NCBI RefSeq assembly: GCF_018977255.1
Contig: NW_024704742.1
Span: 49,292,001-49,356,000, forward strand
Reading direction: 5' to 3'
Source: Callorhinchus milii
Taxonomy: Eukaryota
DNA length: 64,000 nucleotides
Positions 23,140 to 36,700 of this stretch are shown here, in pieces. Position numbers and translations under genes: made by a program. Each line of letters starts with the position of its first letter. Within the stretch, counting starts at the first letter, position 1. The notes below the pieces were generated by a model. The model worked only from the letters and a program-made list of their open reading frames with translations, ran no database searches and was not told the origin of the DNA.

Positions 23140-25516
23140 CCTTTGTTTTACACATAATATTTGATACGATTTTAATTCACATGTTTATCCAATTCCCTTT
23201 GATACAAGGGCCCCTAGCAACAAAAAAAATGAAACCTTTAAATTGAAGGTGTTTAACCAAGGGAGCCTTCGAGGCTTTTCCACTGTCCGTTATATAATAA
23301 ACATAAATACTTCTTCTCGCATTCTAGGCCTTACATCACACACCTCAAGGAAGGCATTAATTTGCCATCCTCAAGGATGATCAGATTTATCCAGAAAGCA
23401 GCTAAAAAGCAGCGTTTCGCCCACAAAATATACAGTCCTTTTGCTTCACAGTATATTTTGTGAAGCGTTTTCAGACACCTCACCGACATAAGGTGCTACA
23501 TTAAATGCGAGGATTATTATTATTATAAAAAGCGCCACAAAGCGAATGTATCCCATGGAAGAAGCCTGAGACTCCACATTATTTTTACGCACTCGCCCTT
23601 TTTGTAAACCTTTTCATTAAGTCACTTTTCCATTTAAGGCTAAAGAATAAACACCAAACAATGCTCTCAATCAGCTGTCCGTCCCTTTACTCAGTGCACA
23701 AACAGCAGCTTCGACTGCATTTCCAACCATGCACGGTTGGCATGGAAACACTTTACCGCTTTGTGGATAGCAATCTGAAACATTGCTGCAAGTTATTAAG
23801 TGCTATGAATTGGCAGAGGAAAATTCATTTTCATAAAGGTCCGCACTAAAAGAAAATATGCATTTGTCCAAATCCAATCGAATTTGTCTTTGCTCACATT
23901 ATTGATCGCTTGAACAGATTGCATCTTGGGTTAGATAAAGTGAGTTAGACATGATCTAGTTAAATTATCTGCAAAATCACAAAAGGTTAAAACCTGAATT
24001 GCAGTAAACAGTTTGGTTATTCTCCAGAGAAGATCAAAGATTTCAAAACTAGTGGAATTATTTTAACACTAAGATACATAAGAGTAGGAGACAGAAAGAG
24101 AGTTGGTCATTTCTGCTATTCCTCCTCCAAACGAAAGCTGCACATTTAGATCTCAAGTTACGAGCTTCCAATTAATTTAACTCTGGGATTTTAAAGAGTA
24201 AAGCAGTTTCAAATCAATTTAAAAGCTTGCCTAGTCAAACCGCATGACTTAACGATTCTCAAAATAAAAACTGCTCTCAGGGAATTGATTATAAGATGCA
24301 AATACTGCCCTGCATTACAAATCATGTGACTGACCAGAGTAGTAGTGAAACTAAAATAAACCTCCGTTGTTCAAACTGAAGTGGTGTGTTTTACGTGAGC
24401 TTCCTGTAACAGAAGTATTGAACAGTACTGTGCACATCAAAAAGAACCACATCCTTGGAATTGCAATGTTCACTAACCTTTACATGGTTGAATAAAGCTA
24501 CATACAGTTAGCACAATACACGTCACCAGTTTAAGCACTTGACCGGCACAGTCAGTATAGAAACCTCGTATTCTTACACTGAAACCTTTACTTTAATCGT
24601 GAAACTTACATTTTATTTCACAGTCCTAGAACTTACAGCACAATGCGACAATGAGTGATTCCTGGAGAGAGCTCCTCCACTTCAGCCACAAGTCCCAATC
24701 TCAATTCCCTGCGGGGTTTACTGTAAGCAATACCTGATATTCCCCATATCGTTTTATACATGTCCTCCTCAAATATTTATCAAATTCTCTTTCAAATGTT
24801 GCTATCGTTTCAGCCCCAAAATAGGCAGTTTTGGCAAAGCATTGCATATTCTGATAAACCCTGTGTGTGAAAAACAACAAGATTACATTTGTATAACGCC
24901 TTTCACGTCGGAAGGACGTGCCAAGGCGCTGAAAAAGGCTCTTTTAAATTCCCCATGCATCTTTAAGAGACAATTCTTAACTTGTTAATTTATATAAATC
25001 TCAGTTGATCTTCAACAGTAAACAATCTGGCTTTAGGAGGGGTTGGTAGATGGTTTTATCTTAAAATATTTTTGTAAAAGTGAGAGAGCTTTTACACTGG
25101 CTTCAGATCTCAAAATGTAGCATAAAACTGGAGGTATTGTCATATTTCAGCCTCTACTGGTTTTACATTATCTCCAGACTTCCAGAGACCTTCTGCACAA
25201 GCATCAACACAAAAACTTGCTGCCATTTGCCCATTAAACACAGTTACTGCACATTAGTGTATTCTGTGAAGTACTTTGAGATGCCCTCATCATGTGAAAG
25301 ACACACTATTAAATGTAAGGATTATTTACATTAAGACCTCCATTCATATTAAAACCACCATGAGAATTTCTCTGTGATCTCCGCTATCCAAATATCAGAA
25401 GAGGAGGAGGAGATGCCCCCAATCTCTGGAGGCAAGCCTGATTAAGAAAGCAACTAGTATTGTAGAATGGCCAGTTTCCCCAGCTCTGAATCAGACAAAT
25501 CTCCCACCATTTCCCT

Positions 25517-25855
25517 AAGCCTCGCAAGCGAGAGAACAAAGGTTTGATTCCTGGGCAGGGCGAAGCATTAGGCAAGTTTCCTTACTCCACCTGCCTCGGT
25601 TTACCTAGCAGTAAATAGGTTGTTAATTGAGTAGTGGATCGCTTTTCCAGGGGTAATAACCCCTTTAAAAAATCAATATATAATAATTTGATCACTAAAT
25701 CCATGACTGTTTGTGGGACACTGCTGTGCGCAATTGGCTACTACATTTTGCCCTCAAAAATATACAGTCAATTCACTTTACAGTATATTCTGTGAAGCAC
25801 TTTGAGACGTCTCGAAGATGTGATAAGGCGCTATAACAAATGCAGGGATTATTAT
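25517..25855 (+). mobile_element. tRNA-SINE, long-body variant with slight 5' truncation
   Basis: B box GGTTTGATTCC, body containing TTTACCTAGCAGTAA, and standard tail. Confidence 0.88.
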
Positions 25856-26674
25856 AAAAAAAATTATAAAAACAACTTCCCCCTCTGGCATTTTTCAGTT
25901 TGGACTTATCCACAAATTGAAATCATGAAATTTGCATGATTCGAATCTCCAGTTGCTTCCATCACCTCCATCTGAACCTAATGTACCAGCATATGCTTCC
26001 TTGTCACATGTTCTGCCCTGGCATTCAGTTTACATTCATTCTACTAAGAAACCTGAGGAGACAACACATCAATTCTCAATCTTATGATTACAACAGAAAG
26101 CAAAGTCACTGTGGAAACACATGTTGGAGAGAGGAGTTGGGGTGGGTGTTGTGAGTGGACAGCATCTTGCGTATGGACTTGCTGTTCAGTACAGAATTCA
26201 TAAAAGCCCAGAGAAAGCTGAGGCCCACAGTGTGGCTCTCTTCTCCGCTCCACCTAAACTTGGAGATCAGATAGGCAGAGGAAGGCATAAAGTGAAGTAC
26301 AAAATAAATAGTATTCTTCGCGGTTGGCTACCTAGCTCTTTGTAAAAGAAACACTAGAAAAACTACCAGGGCTTAAAAACTGTATTAACTTGGGCTGTGG
26401 GTCAATGTCCTCAAAATCTCCTTCACCCCATCCCTCGTGAGCAACTATCTTTGTAATGTACTGCGAGATGTTATTCACACCATGTAAGGGCAGAAGTGGT
26501 TAACTCTTTTCAAACAGATTATTAAAATATGGAAAGAATACTTGCCAATGAGTAACTATCGAGGCCGAAACCAAAACAATTAAATGGGAACAGGTTGAAA
26601 GAGGAACAGTATGAAAAAGAGGAAGAAATAGGAACTGGGGTTAGAGGATATGGGTCAGTTATGTTCAGGTGGCA

Positions 26675-27025
26675 GCACCCTACGTTGAAACTTGAACTCA
26701 GTCTACACTGATATTCCAATGCAATACAGGAGGGGTGGGGGAGGGAGGGTTGCACTGATGGAAGTGCCATCCTTGAGACATTAAACCCAAGCACCGTCTC
26801 CCTGTTCAGGTGGACATTAAAAATCCCATTGCACCACTGGCCAACAATCCTCCAAATCAAATTGGTCATTTGTTTCATGGCTGTTAATGGGACATTGCTA
26901 TGTGCAAATGGGCTGCCGTGTTTGCCTACAAATAGGCCCCCCACAGTATATCCTGTGAAGCTCTTTGAAACATCCTCCTGACATGAAAGATGCTATACCA
27001 AATAAAAGGATTATTATTATTATCA
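26675..27025 (+). mobile_element. Deu-domain SINE
   Basis: GAGACATTAAACCCAAG...CAGGTGGACATTAAAAATCCCATTGCAC plus tail. Confidence 0.72.
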
Positions 27026-27944
27026 TAATAATCTAGCTCCAGTGAAAATGCTGCCATTATTTAGGTCAAATGGACCGTGTTGTAAATTCTAATGATTTAT
27101 AGATTAGACAAGAACCACTATGCCTGAGTTTCCATTAACAGACAATAACTTGGATCCATTTGCTCAATCTTATTTTAAAAATTGTGACATTTGGGCTCTT
27201 TGAAATAAGTTAGATGCTAATGATACTTTCAAACAAAGATAGTTTTTAAAAATATATTTTTAGTCAGCCTGGTGTCCGATACATACGGAAACCCACCATC
27301 AGGCTTAGGAGTATCGAAATCAGGCAAAGTTCCACATATTTAGGCCACATACCCATGAAGATTTCCCTGGGTTCAGAAAACAATGTGGCCTCTCTCCCTG
27401 GAGGCATGCAAACTGCTTATCTAATACCAGAGAGGATTAGGTGCAGGTTTGCAAGAGCTGAGGCTTGGGGACTCCAGAGAGGGTGCAGGTTTGCCAGAGC
27501 TGCTGGAGCTTAACAGCTAAAACCACATAGTTTGCTTACACAGTGCAGTAATGTGCATCTTTTGTAATACAACGTTTTTGTAATGTGCTGTGCAACATAG
27601 AAAATTATATTATAACTATGCTCTTCTGTTATACTTATCACTTACAAAATCCCATGCTTTCCTAATGGCAAAGCAGATAGTGTTTCCAGACAATGAGTCA
27701 GATACAGTTTCAAGAAAATGAATCCAATGTATAAACACATCAGTAGAAGAATGAAAGCTATTAATTAACAGCAAGAATGTGGATATCTTGTAAACAAAAG
27801 GTTCGAAGGAAAAAGATCTTCATAAACATAAAACTTAGAATTTATGAATTTTGCAAACAAAATATTGGAAAGAAAAAATGTCCCAGATTGCCTAATTCAT
27901 ATTCAGTCTGTTATTTGAGGCAAAGACACATCAAGTACAGCTGA

Positions 27945-28805
27945 CCACTCTTATCTTCCTCCACTATCTGTCCTCTCGTCTCAACCTTCATGGTTCTGTC
28001 CTTGAAGGCTTCAGCTTCTCCTCCAGCCCCCACATCATCTCGTGCGGTGTTCCTCAGGGCTCTGTCCCTGATCCCCTCCTTCAATATCTATGCTTCCTCT
28101 CGGTGACATCATCCGCAGACGTGGGGTCAACTACCACATGTATGCGGATGACACCCGACTGTATCTCTCTACCTCCACCCTTGACTCCAGGATCACTGCT
28201 GTCCATACATATACATACACACACACACACACACACACATACATACATACATACGCATGATCCGCTCTGCCTTCCTCCACCTCCGCAACACTGCCCGGCT
28301 CCGCCACTGCCTCATTCACGCATTCATCACATCTAGGCTTGACTACACCAACTCCCTGCTGGTCAGCCTTACAAACTCTTCCCTCCCCTACCTCTGTGAC
28401 CTGGTAACTACGTATCAACCTATCCGCTACCTCCGCTCAGCAGGCTCCGGCCTGCTCCACGTCCCCCGCCCGGCCCACCCCATCATCGGCGGTCGGGCCT
28501 TCAGCTTCTCCAACCCCACCCTTTGGAACGACATCCCACATTCCCTTTACCTCGCTCCCTCCCTTGCCGCCTTCAAGGCATGTCTCAAGAGCCTCCTCTT
28601 CGACCGCATGTGCCTTCGGCCACCCTACTACCCTCCACCCTTGCTTACCCCAACCCCACCAAAAACAAGCAAAAACAAAAACAAGCACAACGCCGAGGGT
28701 CCGGACTGGCTCAGTGAGTTGGGAGTGCGCATCCGTGGATGGTGATGCTGTCCCTGACCAAATCGTCCTCCCGACATGAAAGGCGCTATACAAATGTACT
28801 TTTGT
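27945..28805 (+). mobile_element. Rearranged L2-clade LINE fragment
   Basis: RT motifs (PQG, YADDT, HAFITSRLDYTNSLL, GGRAFSFS.PTLWN), an internal (CA)n tract and an inverted internal piece. Confidence 0.9.
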
Positions 28806-29544
28806 ATTGCAAGTCCAAATTGAGATTGACTTGCATGATCTGAAAGCAATTCGCCATGGAACATAATTGCTGAGACCACATTGAGAAATGGACCACTTTG
28901 AGGACAGACATCAATTTGTGTGAAGTGATTAGATCTCTGCTCTGAAATGGCCCCATAGAATGTTCTTGGGCAGTCAAATGAACAAACCAGAATTTTAAGG
29001 ACCATATTCGTAACCGCTACAAGCAGTGTTCAAATAAGATTTTTACATGTGTGTTTGGGACGGGGGGGGGGGGGGGGGGGAGAGAGTAAACAGAATGTCA
29101 ATTTCTCCATTTTCTTTTTGATTTCAATTTTAAAATTACTGCTTGCACCCAGCAAAAGGTTGTTCTGCACCATTACTCTGTCATTGTTTTTTGCAGCAAA
29201 CCTCAATATCAAAAGTTTGTTATTCAATTGCCATCAGTTTTTTTCCATGAACCAAAACTACTGAACCCTTATAAAATAATATTCTGGAAATCATTCAATG
29301 TTATATGTCAAGGTGAATCTTGCTCCTGAACCCTGACCAATTTGAGATACGGGTATTGAATACACTTCATCATAAAATGCTGAATGTCAGAATCTTTTGG
29401 CCCAAACTAAAGAGCCCATATTTTACAATTTAAACCACAATTGCTGCAAAGTTGATTATTACCATTTTCAGAAAGTTTTCTTTATTGAATGCTTGGACTG
29501 ATTAGAGGAAAATGGGATCCTCTTCCTTCCAGGTGGTAATCCAA

Positions 29545-29993
29545 CAACAACACCACCAACACCAAAATTACATTTATAGACCACCTTTCACGTCGGGAGG
29601 ACATCCCAAGGCGCTGGACAGTCAGGGGTCAGGATCCGAGCATGGGGGAGGGGTGGGGTAGGGGTGAGGGAAGGCAGAGAGGTGGGCGGGCGACCAAAGG
29701 CACGATCGAAGAGGAGGGTCTTGAGACCGGCCTTGAAGGATGCGAGGGAGGAAGCGAGGTGAAGGGACCGTGGGATGGAGTTCCAGAGCGTGGGGGCAGA
29801 AAGGCTGAAAGCTCAGCCGCCGATGGTAGGGTGGGTCTGGTGGGAGACATGGAGCAGGCCAGAGCCCGCTGAACGGAGGGAGCGAGCAGGTTGGTAGGGA
29901 GTCAGCAGGCCAGAGAGATAGGAGGGGACAAGGCCATGGATGGCCTTGAAAGTGAGAACGAGGATCTTGAAATCAATCCTCTGAGGGAGTCCA
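29545..29993 (-). mobile_element. L2-clade LINE 3' fragment
   Basis: LPQRIDFKILVLTFKAIHGLVPSYLSGLL, then (TTG)n tail. Confidence 0.9.
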
Positions 29994-32821
29994 TTCTCTT
30001 GCGTTAACAACCAGGTACAATATAATATGACATGATCAGAAGAGTAATGTCTTTTTATTCGACCCCAACCTTAGAGAATGTGCAATGCACCACTGTGTTT
30101 TTATTTCTCAATAATTCTCATGTACCTGAGCAAGGTTCGACTTGCGGACCAAATTACAAGCAATGTTATGCTATGGATCTGTACCCACTCAGAATCTGTG
30201 TTCAAATTCACATCATGTCAGATCTTAAGGTCTAGCTTGAATCCAGGTCTCACAACTGAAAAGACAGTGTGCTAACTTGCTGCACCTCTCAAGACTTGTG
30301 ATGAGATTTACCACTACTCCCACCTTTCCTCTCTTCCCCAACTCCCATTTCCTGGCACCACACGAGCACCATTCCTCGACTAGCCCTGGCCAGTTGATCT
30401 ATGAAACAGGCTTCCAGTGCAATTTGCAGCACTTTACGACAATTCAGTAAGAGCTGTAAAAACGTAGCTCAGGGTAATTTCCCGTTTTGCTTTGCATCCA
30501 AGGATCTTTCAGCGTCCTGTTGGTACCCAACCGAGAACAGGAAAGCTGGCATAAAGCCACATCCTACCACTCCTTAACACAATGGCACAAACCCACATCC
30601 TACCAACTCAATAACACAATAGACCAATATATTAAACACTCACCTTTGTGTTTTTCATTTTGGCTGCAAAAACCTGTATGCAGAATAACAACATGTTCTG
30701 ATGCTGGTGGAAATGTGCATTTGTTGTGCTTATGTTTATACACTCATAAAGCACTCTTTTTGTAATTTTCCCATGACCAAAGACAGTAAACCGGTGGTTT
30801 GGTCTAAAATGGATTTGGTCTAAAATGGATTTGGATTTGGAGCACTAGATTTTAAAACAAAACTTTTTGCATATTGGTTGGCAAAATAGAATACAATCAA
30901 ATAACCAACCCCACAGTTCCCCCCCCCACAGGTGGTTGCTAGGAGCAAAGAAAGACGTGGATAAATTGTACTGGGTTAGCCACAAGCTGCTTCCACAGTG
31001 GCATAACCTAACAGACACTCCAGTAAAAGAGGAAAATGTTCGTTAACTTTGTATGCAAAGGACATCGTTGCTCAGACAACAACTTCTGGGACAATTTTCA
31101 AACAGAAATAGCAGTGAAGCTTCAACACTGGTTTCTATGTGGGCATCAGAGTTGTTATGGAACATTGAAATGCAGGTGAAGTAGCTCATGTCCTTGGCAC
31201 ACACATGGAGGTCTACCTTAATTGCTAGCAAATCTTGTGTGCTGCCCCATTCATAATATTAAGGGTTGACAGATTAGTTAGCCTGCTCCAGTGTTGCAGA
31301 AAAATAAATCCCTTATACAGTATATCAGATTCTCTGTTGGTCTATACAGCTTTCAACTACCTGTGTATTAATTCTAGAAGCAAGACGCTAGTTTTCTGTA
31401 CAGCCGTCAAACAGACCACTAGCATTCTATCACTGGGCACACACTGGATTCTCAGAATACTGAATTTGCTGTCACTACAAATAAACACCTCCATATAAAT
31501 ATTCCCATTATATTGTGAATGCTCCATATTAATTCTTTATTGCTGCAATATCCAGAATGGCTTTGACTTTGTAACAGAAACTTATGGGTTTCACAAAACT
31601 TTGCAACAAATCAGAACCCTTCCTTATCTTATCTTGTAACCTTTTTTTTACATTTTGCCTAGCATGTACTTTCAGATTGCCCCCGAGAATCCAAAAGCCA
31701 AACAGCAGATCAGCATTTTGCCATGCAAAGTTAACTTCTGTCAAAGATAAAAGCACAGATCTTCTACAATGTCCGCCCCTTTGGCGATAAAGAAAAACAA
31801 CTGCATTTCAAATTGCTGATCCATATCAGACTATATTCAATTAACTGAGACTATTCAATTACAAAACACACATTTGTTGGCACAGCTCTAGTGTACATGA
31901 AGCCATTCATTTTCAGCACCTGCTGTGTTCACTCCTGTTCACAGTAACGGGATGTTAAAACTAGACCCTTCGTTTATTACCACTTAACAGGGTTACCATG
32001 TTTTCTCTTACTTTAATATCTGTTCATTTAGAATATTTCTTAAATTAAAACATTTGACAATAGATCTAAAAAGAAATTGCCAAAAAAGATAAAGTTTTGT
32101 GTTTGGACTTTGTAACCAACAGTTTGTTTTGCTTGTGCTCCTCTTGTCTATTATAAACACAGACAAGTTTTCTAAAGGAAAACAAAACAGTGCATTGTTC
32201 TAAATTTGACACTCAAAACAATTATGTCTAATGAACAATAACCCCTCTCGTTTGAGATTACTGAAAAAAAATTGATTCCCCTACCAGGCCTTTTAAAGAT
32301 GAATGGTTTGGAAAGAGAGAATAAAAAAAGCCACAAAGACACTAATGCATTCAGCTCGTGTAGGCAATGATTAATGTGCTGCGTCTTACACTGGAACATG
32401 AGGTTCTATAATATTTTACTTCAAACACTATCACAAGATCTCTCTGGATTAGACAAATACTGCATTTCCTCTAGATCACTAGCCTGGTAGCTCACAAATT
32501 TACAATTGTGGTACCCGTCAATTCAGGTGCTATTCATTCAACATTACCAGTGCAGAAACCCCAATACTGCAGTCTCAGGTTTTGTTACTACTGTAATCGA
32601 CGTAGAATACCTCAAGAACAAATGATGCAAGCTATGGCCACGTTTCAGAGCTGAATATTATGTTTATTATAAACAACTTTGATATTTAAACCATGGTGAA
32701 GAGCTTCTAAGACAGTGACATAACTAAAACGTGAAAGCCTAAAAGTGGATGTGCAGAGAAATTACTGTTCTCTGCCACTGAATGCATAAATCAGTTTGTA
32801 AAGAGCACGCTTTGATGTACG

Positions 32822-33225
32822 AAAGCTTGGCTCAGTGGAAGCACTCTCGCCTCAGTCAGAAGGTTGTGGGTTCAAGCCCCACGTTAGGAATTAGAATGCA
32901 CAATCGGACACCGTGATGCAGTGCTGGGGGGTGGGGGAGTGTAGGCAGAGGCGCTGTCCTTCGGATGAGATGTTAAACCGAAGTCCAGTCTGGCCGTTCA
33001 GGTGGACGTTAATGATCCTATGGCACCATTCAAAAAAAAGAAGGCAGTTTCTCCCTATTTGCTGGCCAACGAATGCCCTAAATAAAATGTGTTGATTAAC
33101 TCCACGGCTGTTTGTGGAACATTGCTGTCCGCAAACTGGCTGCTACGCTTCGCCCACAAAATACAGTCAATCCACTTTATAGTATATCCCAGTACGTCAA
33201 AAGCAAGGATTGTTATTATCATTAT
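32822..33225 (+). mobile_element. Deu-domain SINE (DeuSINE/SacSINE-like)
   Basis: tRNA-like head (TGGCTCAGTGG, GGTTCAAGCCC) and core CTTCGGATGAGATGTTAAACCGAAGTCC...CAGGTGGACGTTAATGATCCTATGGCAC, recognised from memory as the Deu core. Confidence 0.8.
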
Positions 33226-33284
33226 GATTATAAAGCACACCCACACGGTATATAAAGAGCACACAAGCTGTATATAAAGAACAC

Positions 33285-33755
33285 AACAACAACAAAAATT
33301 GAGTTTGTATAGTGCCTTTCACGTCGGAAGGACGTCCCAAGGAGCTGGACAGTCAGTGTTTCGAACCCGGGCTGGGGTCGGGGTTGGGATCGTGGAGGGC
33401 AGGGGTGGGAGGAGGGTGATCGAAAGCATGATTGAAGAGGAGGGTCTTGAAGGAAGCAAGGGAAGGGGCGAGACGGAGGGACTGCGGGATGGCGTTCCAG
33501 AGGGTAGGGGCAGAGTGGTTGGGTGGGCGTAGCGGCGGACGTGAAGCTGCCCGAAGCCCGCTGAACGGAGGGAGCGGGCAGGATGGTAGGGGGTTAGGAG
33601 GTCGCAGAGCTGGGGGGAGCAAGACCATGGAGGGCTTTGAAGGGGGGGATCAGGATCTTGAACTGAATCCTCTGAATGATGGGAAGCCAGTGGAGTCGGG
33701 CGAGGATGGGGGTGATAGGGTCACAGAACCTGGTGCGGGAGAGGACACTCGCTGC
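33285..33755 (-). mobile_element. L2-clade LINE 3' fragment abutting the minisatellite
   Basis: DPITPILARLHWLPIIQRIQFKIL...FKALHGLAP, then (TTG)n tail. Confidence 0.92.
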
Positions 33756-33756
33756 A

Positions 33757-36700
33757 CATACACACACAGTATATGAGCACACTGTATAAAGAGCACACAT
33801 GCACACACACAGTATATAAGCACAGTAAAATGAGCACTGTATAGAGAGCGCGCGCACACAGTACAGGGAGAGCGCGCGCACAGGCAGTACAGCGAGAGCG
33901 CGCGCAGAGGCAGTACAGCTGGAGCGCGCACCCACGCGCGGAGGGAGCGCGCGCACACACGCAGAGAGTGAGCGCGCACACGCAGAGAGAGCGCGCGCAC
34001 ACGGTATAGAGAGCACACACACGGTATAGAGAGCACACACACAGTATAGAGAGCACACACACAGTATAGAGAGCACACACACAGTATAGAGAGCACACAC
34101 ACAGTATAGAGAGCACACACACAGCATAGAGAGCACACACACAGTATAGAGAGCACACACACAGTATAGAGAGCACACACAGTATAGAGAGCACACACAC
34201 AGTATAGAGAGCACACACACAGTATAGAGAGCACACACACGGTATAGAGAGCACACACACAGTATAGAGAGCACACACACAGTATAGAGAGCACACACAG
34301 TATAGAGAGCACACACACACCAATATATGACACAGTATAGAGAGCACAGACACAGTATAGAGAGCACACACACACCAATATATGACACAGTATAGAGAGC
34401 ACAGACACAGTATAGAGAGCACACACACACAGTATAGAGAGCACACACACAGTATAGAGAGCACACACACGGTATAGAGAGCACACACACGGTATAGAGA
34501 GCACACACACAGTATAGAGAGCACACACACAGTATAGAGAGCACACACACAGTATAGAGAGCACACACACAGTATAGAGAGCACACACACAGTATAGAGA
34601 ACACACACACAGTATAGAGAGCACACACACAGTATAGAGAGCACAGGCACAGTATAGAGAGCACACACACAGTAATATATGACACAGTATAGAGAGCACA
34701 GACACAGTATAGAGAGCACACACACACAGTATAGAGAGCACACACACAGTATAGAGAGCACACACACGTATAGAGAGCACACACACGGTATAGAGAGCAC
34801 ACACACGGCATAGAGAGCACAGACACAGTATAGAGAGCACACACACAGTATAGAGAGCACACGCACAGTATAGAGAGCACACGCACAGTATAGAGAGCAC
34901 ACGCACAGTATAGAGAGCACACGCACAGTATAGAGAGCACAGACACAGTATAGAGAGCACACACACGGTATAGAGAGCACACACACGGTATAGAGAGCAC
35001 ACACACGGTATAGAGAGCGCACAAACACGGTATAGAGAGCACAGACACAGTATAGAGAGCACAGACACCGTATAGAGAGCGCACAAACACAGTATAGAGA
35101 GCACATACCGGTATAGAGAGCACATACTCGGTATAGAGAGCACACACACAGTATAGAGAGCACACACACAGTATAGAGAGCACACAGTATAGAGAGCACA
35201 CACACAGTATAGAGAGCACACACACAGTATAGAGAGCACACGCACAGTATAGAGAGCACAGACACAGTATAGAGAGCACAGACACAGTATAGAGAGCACA
35301 GACACAGTATAGAGAGCACAGACACAGTATAGAGAGCACAGACACAGTATAGAGAGCGCACACACACGGTATAGAGGCGCACACACACGGTATAGAGAGC
35401 ACACACACGGTATAGAGAGCACAGACACGGTATAGAGAGCACAGACACGGTATAGAGAGCACAGACACGGTATAGAGAGCACAGACACGGTATAGAGAGC
35501 ACAGACACGGTATAGAGAGCACAGACACGGTATAGAGAGCACACACACGGTATAGAGAGCACACACACGGTATAGAGAGCACACACACGGTATAGAGAGC
35601 ACACACACGGTATAGAGAGCACACACACAGTATAGAGAGCACACACACAGTATAGAGAGCACACACACAGTATAGAGAGCACACACACAGTATAGAGAGC
35701 ACACACACAGTATAGAGAACACACACACAGTATAGAGAGCACACACACAGTATAGAGAGCACAGGCACAGTATAGAGAGCACACACACAGTAATATATGA
35801 CACAGTATAGAGAGCACAGACACAGTATAGAGAGCACACACACACAGTATAGAGAGCACACACACAGTATAGAGAGCACACACACGGTATAGAGAGCACA
35901 CACACGGTATAGAGAGCACACACACGGCATAGAGAGCACAGACACAGTATAGAGAGCACACACACAGTATAGAGAGCACACGCACAGTATAGAGAGCACA
36001 CGCACAGTATAGAGAGCACACGCACAGTATAGAGAGCACACGCACAGTATAGAGAGCACAGACACAGTATAGAGAGCACACACACGGTATAGAGAGCACA
36101 CACACGGTATAGAGAGCACACACACGGTATAGAGAGCGCACAAACACGGTATAGAGAGCACAGACACAGTATAGAGAGCACAGACACCGTATAGAGAGCG
36201 CACAAACACAGTATAGAGAGCACATACTCGGTATAGAGAGCACATACTCGGTATAGAGAGCACACACACAGTATAGAGAGCACACACACAGTATAGAGAG
36301 CACACAGTATAGAGAGCACACACACAGTATAGAGAGCACACACACAGTATAGAGAGCACACGCACAGTATAGAGAGCACAGACACAGTATAGAGAGCACA
36401 GACACAGTATAGAGAGCACAGACACAGTATAGAGAGCACAGACACAGTATAGAGAGCACAGACACAGTATAGAGAGCGCACACACACGGTATAGAGTGCG
36501 CACACACACGGTATAGAGAGCACACACACGGTATAGAGAGCACAGACACGGTATAGAGAGCACAGACACGGTATAGAGAGCACAGACACGGTATAGAGAG
36601 CACAGACACGGTATAGAGAGCACAGACACGGTATAGAGAGCACAGACACGGTATAGAGAGCACACACACGGTATAGAGAGCACACACACGGTATAGAGAG

